Shown in pieces: positions 40,395 through 51,476 of a stretch of 64,000 nucleotides of DNA. The notes beneath the pieces were generated by a model. The model saw nothing but the letters and a program-made list of their open reading frames with translations. It was not told the origin of the DNA and did no database searches. The stretch is from NCBI GenBank assembly GCA_965644265.1, contig OZ286466.1, positions 60,636,001 through 60,700,000 of the forward strand, in the 5' to 3' direction. The stretch's first letter is position 1; each line of letters starts with the position of its first letter. Origin of the DNA: Glycera tridactyla. Lineage: Eukaryota. The translations under genes and the position numbers were made by a program.

Positions 40395-41319
40395 ACCTGT
40401 AACCTTCACCTTGACCTATGACTTAGGGTCACATGCATTGAGAGAGAGATGTTGCAACATTGCTTGATCATCCCAGATCAGTTTGATCTTTATCCAACAA
40501 TGCTAGCCTGAGTTATTGTCTGAGATCTGGATATTAAAAATAGCTCCGGTGACCTTGACATTTGACCTAGGGTCACATGTATCGAAAGACGGTCATTACT
40601 TTGTGTATGTTTGGTGCATATCGATCAATGCAAGCCTGAGCTGGAGTGTAAAATGAGAAAATCTATAAATAGCTCCTGTGACCTTGACCTTTGACCTAGG
40701 GTCACATATATCGTAAGGGAGGTGGCCCACTACAGGGTGATTAATTTGTGTAGGTTTGGTGCATCTCCATCCATGCTAGCTTGAGTTAGTGCGTAAAGTA
40801 AGAAAATCTATAAATAGCTCCTGTGACCTTGACCTTTGACCTGGGGTCACATGCATCAAAAGGGAGGTAGCCCACCAATGGGTGATTACTTTATGTAAGT
40901 CTGGTGCATATCCATCGAGGCTAGCTTGAGTTAGAGTGTAAAATGGGAAAATCTATAAATAGCTCCTGTGACCTTGACCTTTGACCTAGGGTCACATGCA
41001 TCAAAAGGGAGGTGGCCCACCATTGGGTTATTACTTTTTGTGAGTTTGGTGCATATCCATCAAGGCTAGCTTGAGTTAGAGTGTAAAATAAGAAAATCTA
41101 TGAATAGCTCCTGTGACCTTGACCTTTGACCTTCGGGTACAAAAATCAAATTCTGGAATACGATTTTTACATAGACCACAGTTATTAAGTTTTATGAAAA
41201 TCCCACCAGTCAATACAAAGTTATTGCATGAAATGTGAGCGGACGTACGTACGTACGTACGTATGGACGCCGGAGGTGAAACTATAATACCCCACTTTTT
41301 CAAAAGCGGGGTATAAAAA
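40395..41319 (+). mobile_element. Helentron-associated (HINE-like) element with a 145-bp tandem array
   Basis: gtgaccttgacc(t)ttgacc recurs at 40549, 40678, 40823, 40968, 41113; (ACGT)n at about 41243-41263; hairpin ataccccactttt-tc-aaaagcggggtat at 41287-41314 followed by AAAAA. Confidence 0.85.
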
Positions 41320-41510
41320 CTAGCACACATCTTCGATAGTTTAATTCAATCTGGGAGTGTGATTCTTCCAATCTGCCCTCACAAAGGGAACATGGCTCAG
41401 GTGAACTTGTGTGCCGCTACATATGACATTTGCGCCAGAAAGCTCTGCTGACATATGACTCATCTAAACTACCAAATTGCAAGCTTCATAAAATATCCAT
41501 GTACAAGATA

Positions 41511-41666
41511 CAGTTAAACCTCTCCATAAAGAGCAGCCTTAATAGGGAAGTGATATTTATAGAGAGGTCATTTACTGTTGAAAATACTACCAAGGTCATA
41601 GCTCAAGGTGGCCTTTATAGAGAGGTGGTCTTTATAGAGAGGTGGTCTTTAGAGGAGGATCGACTG
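41511..41666 (+). mobile_element. MITE family A, diverged
   Basis: TA-flanked, family-internal motifs present. Confidence 0.8.
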
Positions 41667-42108
41667 TATAGTGTTTTGGCCATGCTTACTAAATATACCA
41701 GCATGATGGGCAACTGGAATGAACCATGTGTCAAATCCGACCAGTGTACAGCAGCCATGAATATTCGATCATATTTTTTTCTTCACAGCAAATATTTGAT
41801 CTGGAAAACTTTATGCAGTAAGCAGGCTAGGTTTTCATTTCTCACTATGTTCAGTGGGCCAGCAAACTTCAAAATGCACCATGGGGTTAAGTGAAGAACA
41901 GGACAGCAGCAACAAATTGAATGTGTGGTCATGTTTTTTCTTCTGGACAAATGTTTGGCAGTGAGCAGCCAGCTGCATTCACACCATCTAATGGCTCGTG
42001 TTGCCTGGCAACTGAGCAAATGTCAGATTTGGTGCTAATGTTGGTGAGCACATGGTATTGCCCTCCGTAGCACAAAGAGGTTGAAACTGCTTCTCTAAAA
42101 TCAAGATA

Positions 42109-42282
42109 CAATCGAACCTGCTCTAGAGACCTCCTCTCTATAAAGGCCACCTGCCTAAAAAAGCCAGTCTGAGCTGCAACTGTAATAGTATTTTCAACTA
42201 AATGTCCTCTATAAAGGCCACCAGCAGTAATGGGCCACATTCTGATGTGACCAAAGGAGACTCTTATAGACAGGTTGAACTG
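42109..42282 (-). mobile_element. MITE family A, diverged
   Basis: TA|caatcgaacctg...caggttgaactg|TA. Confidence 0.8.
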
Positions 42283-42418
42283 TAGATCTAAGCTCTCAAA
42301 CTTATCACAGCATAATCCAGACATCCATGAAACATGCCTTGTGCTCATATCCTCTGGTATATTCTTAGAGAGGTGGTGTTAAATCTCAGAGTGTTGAGCA
42401 GATGTCAGACAGTCTTAC

Positions 42419-42495
42419 CCCGTCTAATGGCTGATTGTGTTCCTCTCATAGTTATGTGAGTCAATATGTCCTTCCTATTCACCAGTCAATCACCT
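42419..42495 (-). CDS. Candidate start-codon exon (ATG at 42449, MRGTQSAIRR + phase 1)
   Basis: Acceptor ctgtttgctcattcattatcttgtag, donor gtaaga; stops in all three frames precede the ATG. Confidence 0.25.
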
Positions 42496-42618
42496 CTACA
42501 AGATAATGAATGAGCAAACAGGCAGTTGCTCTTTCTCATTAGACTCCAACACAAAGTGGCTAGAATGATTAAAGTATAGATGGAGTGAGGGATAGAAAGA
42601 TAGAGGGGTGATAATATA

Positions 42619-42906
42619 CAGTTGAAATTGTCCTAAGCAAGATTCATACTAAGAAAGAACAAAACACAGTAGACACTGACTAAGGAGAGAATCCGGATGG
42701 ATTCTGGAAGCTTCAACTTTCCTTAACTTCACTGTGAGTACTGTGAAACTTGTTCCTTATATGAAAGAACTTGTCCTAAGCACTAGGTTTCTGTTCATCC
42801 CACCAGTGCATTTATCACAATAATTGATCTCGACTAAGTATGAACTTACTATAAGCAGACGGTTTCATCATGTACCTTGTCTTCATGCTTGAGATATGTT
42901 TGACTG
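42619..42906. mobile_element. Degenerate CAGT-terminus MITE; similar decayed copies near 369-560, 5470-5640, 6420-6537, 8100-8270, 9930-10085, 15950-16290, 23720-23900, 36100-36300, 51560-51745
   Basis: TA-flanked imperfect TIRs and recurrent gaccacct / ctaagcagc motifs; boundaries of the decayed copies are approximate. Confidence 0.55.
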
Positions 42907-42967
42907 TAATGCTAGAGAACTAGGTGCCTCCTACCAAGGAGCCTAATAAAAGAGCAATAGCACTGAT

Positions 42968-43358
42968 CTGTCATCTGATCTAAGCTGTAACCGGACCTGA
43001 GCATCATCCTGACCTAAGCTGCCACCTGACTAAGCAGCCACCTTATCTAACAGCCACCTGATCTAAGCTGCAACATGTGCTGAGCTGCCACCTGATCTAA
43101 GCACCAGTTCTAAGCTGCCACATGATCTAAGCAGTAATCTGCACTAAGCTGCAACCTGACCTAAGCATCCACCTGTTCTAAGCTGCAACCTGACCTAAGC
43201 AGCCTGCACAAAGATGTGATCTGACCTAAGCATCTACCTGTTCTAAGCTGCCACATGATCAAAGCAGCCACCTGATCTAGGCAGTATCCTGATCTAAGCT
43301 GCAACCTGCACTAAAGCTGCCACCTGATCTAAGCTGTCACCTGACTCAAGCAGCCACT
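42968..43358. repeat. About 17-bp minisatellite (ccacctgatctaagctg), degenerate, over 20 copies
   Basis: Direct reading of repeated cctga(t/c)ctaagc(t/a)gc units. Confidence 0.9.
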
Positions 43359-46324
43359 TTTGATATTTCATTGTTTCAACAATGATTCACCTATCTGATG
43401 AAACCACCTAACTTCAGCAACCACCACTCACTTTTCTCAAGGGTGACTGCTCAGAAAGTTTTTGGCTGTGTTTGAAAATCTATGCATTTATGCATGATAC
43501 ACATCTTGTTGAAAAACTAGTGTTGATATGAAAGGGGTAATGCATGATGGATTGGTCAAGCTGAATGCCTGTATCTACAGGGATGTGAGTAGCTGACAAC
43601 CAACACCCCTGGAAACCCAACTGGAGGTAGTTTTCAGCAAGATTTTGTGAATGTACACACCCAACAACTGCGGAATAATGGCTACTATAAGTCAATACAC
43701 ACTTTTGGCTCTATCTCCACTAATTCTGGTCCAATTTACATGATACAGAAGCCAAAATAATCTGCATAAAATGCTGTGACTGGAATGGAAAAAACACCAA
43801 GACCACTACAACTACTGCCTCTCATATTAAGCCTACCAAGTACTCCACGCAAAAGCACACTACGAGTACAGGATCAGCTTCTTCAATGAAGAGGATCGCC
43901 ACCTTGGTAAACGGTCTCAATACTCTCTGGGTAACTATGACCGTCACTAAGGTATGTTATTGAGGTATGTGATGGCCTGATGAGCAACACTGAAATCCAT
44001 GGAACAATCCCATCCCTGTATCTTGTACTTCTGCCACTGCAGTGCAGTGCTGCATTGCAGCAACATGGAAGCAGCTGACCTTGAAGCCGCCAGCACTTGA
44101 TCCACCCACTTCACACAATGGCCATATAACAGGAATTAAAAAGAGACAGCTACAGAGAGGCTGGCATATTACGGATATTCTTGCCGCCTATACAAACACA
44201 CTCAGTCAGATTGCCCTGGGTATCTGGGGATAATGTGCACCATAAACAACCAAACAATCAACCCAGCTTTTCATTCCAGTACTGTCTACCAGACAGAACA
44301 AATTTCCCTGTCACCCTTAATGCTCATATCACAAACAATCACCAGAGAAGGGTGTTGAGTGAATGTACATACATGATCACATTAAAATGGTAGCATACAT
44401 TCCCCAGAGATTTTCACTTCAGATAAAATACATATAAGGCCATTCAATAACTCAAAAAGATTCTCATAACCGAATGATATCCAAATTTCACTTTGGGGAT
44501 ACTAAGATCAGTGATACACAATATGAAGGTTTCACTACTCTCGATGTAAATCTCAATTATTTCAAAATTGATGTTGATGTTGAACTTTGATGGCATAAAA
44601 TACCTGACAGGATACCATGAATCCCTCTATTCGAGTGCATATCAGAAAGAGAATAAAGTAAGCTTTCAGAGAATACCAAATGACCTGGTGTGCATGGAAT
44701 CCTGGGAGAGAGGGGAAGCATTCAATTTTCCTGACGGCATGGGACACTGACGAGAAAGAGACACAACATGTTACAATTTCTGACAAAGGCCCATCCTGCA
44801 AAGGGATTTTTGCTGACCTATACGAATTTAACTGCTGATAAACTTTCAAAGCTGGAACTGATCCAGACCTTTGATATTTGAGTTCAACCAATACCTCAGA
44901 TGATAACTTGAAAGCCGATTTACCAATATGAATTTGCTGGGACAACAATCATTGTGGTGGTGCTAGGGGGTTATTCTCAGGTAAAACACATTGCAGAGAT
45001 TGGTTTCCAGTGAATGGGAAACAAAAATATATTGCACAAATTGGTTTTCAGTGAACAGGGAGACAAAAAGGTAGGCTGCAAAATAATGCATCTCACATGG
45101 AAGACATTATCTCTCTACCTGGTATAGTACTAGTGGCTGGGTATACTTTAGCTGCAGGCTCTACTTTATAGCTCCCTAAGTGCATGTCACTCAAAATACA
45201 CCCACGCAAGCATATAACCATGTATGTACACTCACATACATGCATATATCAGAGCGGGAAGGAATATACCACACCTTTTTAAACAATTTCATGTCAGAAA
45301 CATGATGCACGGGCAACAGTTCCATGAACTCTGTGGGAGCCGTGTGGTGTAGTGGTAGCTTTTTGATACTTGATCTAAATGTAAAACAGCCATGGCTGCA
45401 GCTAGTTGTGGGATGGGTGACCACGGCTGGGGTGTGAGGATGCATAGCAGTATGGGTGAACCATACGCTACACAATGGTCACAGATGACACAAGTAGTCC
45501 GGGGGCCCCCCCAGTGTTGAGCTCTAAACACAGGACCAGGCATGAGCTACACACCACCAGGGCTGGGTGATGGTACGAGTACCTATCTGGTATCTAAAAA
45601 CGATGGTCATAGGTTAGCAGTGGCACTATAGTGAGTGACTACAAAAATCAGCTACACTGATACACGTCCTCAGCATACACACACATGCAAGCACAAGTGA
45701 GGAGGCTCAAAATTCAATCACAGGCAGTGGGTTGCACGTTGCCAAGATCGGACCGGTCACCCATAACTAACAGTAGCCCTGGGAAGGCCAGAATCATTAG
45801 GCTCTGACAGTGTTACTGGGCTGAGATCAGTAAAAACAGTCAAAGAACTTTTTGGTTTCTTGTGGAGAACCAAGGAATGATTCCACATTTTTTGTCCTAT
45901 TACACTGAAGGCAATTTCACCAACAGAGCCTTTAACCTTAGGTACATACAGGTTGTTTGTCACAGCTTATCCAGTATGGTTAATCATGGGAAGAACTGTG
46001 CATAATTTGGGTGGTGGCAAGAAAACAAACTATATAAACTCATGCCAGCCAATACCGGAAGCTGTAATTGCAAACACTCGGAATATAGATAACGTGATGA
46101 TAAATGAGACTATTGGGTGTATCACTCAGTCCGATCATGCATAACTTGTCATTGTGAATCTTTTTTCTTTTTGGCCGGAATATACACATATTCTAATGTC
46201 TAATCAAAATACTACAGAAAACGAATGCAAACAGACCCCTCAAAGGAGCTGCTTGAAAAATTCTACAAATCTAGTAAATTTAAGACTTCATATAATCATC
46301 ATAACTCTTCCCAGGAATTGCTAA

Positions 46325-46745
46325 ACATCTGCCACGTATGTAGGAGAGACTGAACGAGTCCTACGCAAGAGGATTACAGAACACCATCGTACCTCTTCAC
46401 CGGTAACACAGCACATGCAACAACACAACCATTCGTTTGATGATAGTAGTGTGTCGGTCTTACACCACGAGTCCAACTGGTTCCGCAGAGGGGTGGCGGA
46501 AGCCATACACATTGATCATCACCAACCGACCATGAACAGAGACCGGGGCCGACACACCCTCCCGGTTATTTACCGGGAGCTGACAACATCGTCACGTGAC
46601 CAAGATCCAATTGTTGATCACGTGACAGCTCAACAGCAAACCACCGCAGTTGCCATTAGCTGAGGAAGGAGTAAGGATACGTTTCTCCGAAAGCTTCTAA
46701 GTTTTACCTTTTGCCGTGAGTACCGTGAAATTTCTACGATATCTG
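46325..46745 (+). mobile_element. 5'-truncated Penelope-like element: GIY-YIG endonuclease C-terminal remnant plus 3' untranslated/pLTR part
   Basis: Frame 46328-46663 reads SATYVGETERVLRKRITEHHRTSSPVTQHMQQHNHSFDDSSVSVLHHESNWFRRGVAEAIHIDHHQPTMNRDRGRHTLPVIYREL, matching the PLE pattern YxGETxRxLxxRxxEH...H...R...EAIxI...NRDxG...L...Y. In-frame TAA at 46322 precedes it; 3' boundary approximate. Confidence 0.9.
46656..46700 (+). ncRNA. Minimal type-I hammerhead ribozyme-like motif (variant)
   Basis: TTAG-CTGAGGA-A-GGAG(13 nt)CTCC-GAAA-GC-T-T-CTAA: stem I TTAG/CTAA, stem II GGAG/CTCC, palindromic stem III AGCT; located at the end of the PLE ORF. Confidence 0.6.
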
Positions 46746-48638
46746 CAATTACATGTTAGTGAGATACAATCAGAAAAAAACTATGTTACAAATATATCGG
46801 CTTTAGTGTGGCAGTCATGTCGGGGAAGTAGTAAAAGAAACCAAACATGGGCAGAAGAACCAAAACCTTTGAATATTTCATCAACCATTCCAAAGAAAAT
46901 TGTGAGAGAATTTTATGCAGAGACAAGTTTTTCATACAAGCCTTGCACGGGCAATAATTCACACAAACGTCTGAACCTCAAGAGTTTTTCAGCTTTTTCA
47001 CCTTTCAGAAATTGTACAGATATGGGAGAGAGCTGTCATTTCCAGGGATGTGATTACTTTCAATCTGCTTTTCTAAATATTGAGTGGCTATCAAATTTTT
47101 TTGGCAGAAACTGAAGCCCCGTCTATGATCTACAGAATTTGTCATATTTTGGCCTCCAAATCTGAGATCAAAATAATGTCCACAGTATGGCTTACATATT
47201 GGCTGATGAAGAATAAAGAACAATGAATAGTGTATTCCTTTCTGTGAGTGACTTCACTGGAATAGGTCTGCATTCAGATCAATACAAATTCCCATTAAGT
47301 AAGATTGGAAACATATTTGAAAGCAAATGGAAATAAATCGCATTCAAATGGGCCACTCCACTTCAATCAAATCAGAACCGAATGAGAATGCTGTCCTAAA
47401 CAGGCGGTACTGACACATGTATTCTTTCACTAAATTTGAGATTACTTCTCCAATAGTGATGGACAATTAAGATGATTTTGAACTTTTGATTCATATGAAG
47501 TGTTTTGACCTATGGCCACTGGTGCATGAAATGCCTTTGGGTGTGCGGTCGATGGTGCATCCAATGTGTTAGGACGCATATTGATGTGTTGCAAAAACTG
47601 GAAGAAACAGTGTAACAACAGAGAGCTTGCTTCAAAGAAATTGTTCCTGGCATTTCAAGGAGATTCTATGCAAAATGATGACATAGTGGGCTGGATGAAG
47701 CAAGGATCTCAACCTATCGCAAGGAATCATGGCTTTCTAGACACTGAGCCAAGACTGGTAAACTGCACTCAACCTCAGCTGTCTCCATATTTGTTGTATT
47801 TTTGGGATTTACCAATGTAACTATCATATTTTAGGTCTGATGAACCAATCGGTATATTCATTTAAGCACTGAAATGAATATTTTTTGCCATATTTTACAG
47901 CAAAAAGCAAGCAAAATAAAATGCACACCAGCATGCTGGTTTTTGCTCACTTTTGCTTGCAAAGCAAATTTTCACCTCTCCGTCTTGAGAAACTATGAAA
48001 GATATTGCCAAGCTAATTTCACAAAATGCTGTGTTGGATATTGAGAATTCATTTGATATTCAGGGCAATATAATGGCAGGGGGATATCCCTCATATTTAT
48101 TGCATGGTAGATGCAAGAAGACAGCGATGTTGCAGTTTTTTCAGGAAGTCCTCCATCGATAATCCACAATGATCGTGAATATTTTGGTAAGTTTTTGCTG
48201 AATATCGCGAGCAGTGATGCTATCGGACTAAGCTGCAATGTTTTGTAATCAGCACCAAGACCAAGATGATCAGAGTTTTAAATTGCTTTGATTGCCCATT
48301 TGCTCAATTTCCATGATGGAATGAATCATCTTGACACATCAGACTAGATACAGGTACCACACAGAACATCTCACATTGATAAAACATTCATGACATCACT
48401 CAGACCTCGGTAACTTCACTAGGTACAGGTTTGACAATGATAACACAAGAGAATTTGAAAGCAAATTCTCCAATAATAATGAGGATAAGGCCAAGGCTGA
48501 CCCAGTTCTGGGATGGTGCAAACAAGTGAAGGGGTGGTTTCCAGATATCTCGGTACAAACATGTTGATATCCAGTGCATATGTGTGTAATTAATCACCAG
48601 GATTCTACTCATTAGTAGCAACATACCACATGAATATA

Positions 48639-49010
48639 CTGGCATATAAGTTGGATTTATCAAACAGAAATATCAGGGTGAAACAAGAGGGTTGAGTCAT
48701 AGGCAATATGATTTCACCAAGAAAAGCATGGATCTTGACAGCGATGAGCTCCCTGGATCCTTGCTTCTCTAAGAGACCAAAAATACAGAAAATGTACAAT
48801 AATTAGTACAAATTTATGTAAGTCAACTTTTTTTGCATGTTTGATGATCATTGCAAGAAAATGAGAAATTGACATAGCAGGCATGAAGGTGCTGCGTTGA
48901 ATCTTTAAAAAAAAAAATGGCGTTGAGTTATATTGCAAAATTCACCGAAATCCTGACTTTTAAGGCAAAATATGTGGTTGACTCATACATGGGATTAACC
49001 TATATGCCAG
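48639..49010. mobile_element. TA-flanked TIR element, 372 bp
   Basis: TA|ctggcatataagtt ... aacctatatgccag|TA (13/14 match). Confidence 0.7.
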
Positions 49011-50445
49011 TATATATGGTGCAGCTGTACCAATGAATGTTCACTCTGTATCAATGGAGATATGAATTATTCATTTTCACACACTATAGAAAGAGGAGTG
49101 CTTTAGGTCAACATTTATGGAAGTCACACCAAGTTGCATCAACCAACACATTCAGAAAACATGAAGTGATTTAGATGGAGTCAATGCATGTGAACAACAG
49201 TCATTATCATAGGGCTCACCTCCTGAGTGAGAATGTGTGTGAGCAGTAGAGGGAAACGGTGTGGTAGGGCTCCTCTCGCTGGAGCAGTTAAGGTATGAGG
49301 GAGGACCAGCCTCATAGATGTGGTTCAGATTCAAAACATTTAAAATATTATTAACCCATTTCTGCTTTCAAGTAATAGAAATTGATACACTATGGCTTAC
49401 AATCTATATGAATTTAACAATGAAACCAGATCCAAAAAAAAGAAAATTTCAACATCAAGCTGTATAACTATTTCCTGATTGAATTGATCGAATCATTTAT
49501 ATCAAGCAATGAATTCCCTCATCGGCTAAATGGTCAAAAATGCTATTATCATCTCATCCAATCTTATAGTAATCCATGTTTCTGACATCAGTCAGATGAA
49601 AATGATTTCCAATCAATATATCTGATTTTCAGAAAAATATGGCGCTGCTCTAGTTTTTTGTTTGAGGTTTAACGGCAAGTAACAACCCTAGGCTTATGTA
49701 TGCCATGTGCTCCTGGTTGTACTGCTCTAGATGTAAGTTATTTCTTATACAAGGAATGACTAGATGCAATCGATCTAGCACTGTCACATTGGGTAGTGAC
49801 ATGGAAGGAAGTATCATGTGCAACTCTTAGCCTCTCAAGAATTTAGAGGAAGCCAATATCACCAAAAGCTAGGTCCAAAAAGGAAGCAATGCTTTGACCA
49901 GGAAACCAGGAACTAATACAATCCTGGGTGCACTTTGAATATTCTGAAATGTAACCCTGCCTCAGAAAACAACCATTTCATGTGCATTATTTAGATAATT
50001 TTCGCACTCATGATCCAGAGAATCTACCACTTCCTGGAAATAATGGAGTGGTCAACGCACAGGTGAGGCATGTGAGTCTCACATCTCAAGTGCCAATATC
50101 ATTTTCACTAATTTACTGGAGGCTGTCTCTATTCACATGCTGGTAATTCAGACTAGAAACAAGACCTATCCAACCATAAAACAGCCTGCAACCTTGTATG
50201 GATGACATTAGCGGAGAAATATATGCTAATCAGGAAATGAATCTTCCCAGGATAACCAAAATACCTGGTTGCAAATTCCTGGTCTTTGAGAAATCACAGG
50301 TTAACATAAAATTACCGGACGAAATATATGAGTGGTTATTCATTCTAAAGCAGCAAATACCATTGAAACTTCACATAAATATGATCAAGATCTTGCCAGC
50401 AGAAATGGGTTGATTAATGGGCCACACCTGTCTGTTGCATCTTAC

Positions 50446-50511
50446 CAGTGAAGTCGGGAATCTCCACCCCACTCTCTGTTGAAATCACATCCATTTTGGT
50501 ATCTCCTGAAG
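50446..50511 (-). CDS. Candidate 66-nt symmetric (phase 1-1) exon, xSGDTKMDVISTESGVEIPDFT; product unknown
   Basis: Acceptor ttttctgtgttatctcacag, donor gtaaga, open frame, internal aaaATGg. Confidence 0.4.
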
Positions 50512-51366
50512 CTGTGAGATAACACAGAAAAGCAGATTAACAGCACGCCAACAACTATTTTCCGACGATGTTCAGTTTTTCCGATAACGTTCACCGAGAT
50601 CCTGATTGAATGATGCTCATTGGCGGAGATCATACAGCGATGGTGACAATGATAAAGTGTCTGCCAGGTAGGCAGGTGGGTGGAGGAACAGGGAGGGGCA
50701 GCTGTCATGAGGCAAATGAACACACACTCGCACCTTAATAGACCCGGTTGCCATAACCACTACCTTGTGCATACAGGTAGCATTGGCTAGGTACCACATA
50801 TAGTAACCGAGATCTACCCTGTTAAGTCCACATCATATATAATTCAAGTTTCCTTCATTAAAGAGCTGGACATGGGGAAACTCCCAACTCTCTACCTGAA
50901 ATATAAGAAATACAAATTTTTGATCATTTTTAAATTTTCTTATTCCAGCCCCTGTTCTAGACTACTGATACTTCCCAAATTATAGGAAAAACATGGAAAA
51001 GTCCAGCCTCTGTGTATACAGACTCATTATAGACACCACACCCATGTGCACACACCAGTTTGTATTTTGGGGCTGTTCATCTCCCCAACAAATAATAAAT
51101 ACAATGCCGATATCGAACTTATTGTGGCTGTCTTCCTACATTTTCCATTACCAATGTGAGACATGTAATATGTCCTATCAGCTTGATAAACAACTATTTG
51201 TGTATAGTTGAGGATAGTTCATCATTACAATAATGATAACAATGACTAAAGCTTCATCTTTCAGCACAGGTGTCAAAAGACATATGATATTTACAGATGA
51301 AAGAGCCACAAAAATCATCAGTCCAATAATAATTGGATCATGGCACCAGCCATGTCAATAAACATA

Positions 51367-51476
51367 CAGTGAAACCTGCAACCAGAGACCACTCTAAATG
51401 TTTCTGAATGGATGTGGTATATTTGGCTATGTCATACAGAAAAGCAGCCCTGAAAACGTGGTCTCCCGGTTCAGTG
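51367..51476. mobile_element. MITE family C, internally deleted
   Basis: TA|cagtgaaacctgca...ggttcagtg|TA. Confidence 0.6.

Noticed and set aside
45335-45430. Possible tRNA or 5S rRNA gene (tggtgtagtgg; gggatgggtgacc)
   Set aside because: No cloverleaf, B-box or full 5S sequence; better explained as a decayed SINE fragment.
46716-47114. 132-aa ORF downstream of the Penelope remnant
   Set aside because: Starts at a non-ATG codon, has no PLE or other motif, and runs out of the element into unrelated sequence.
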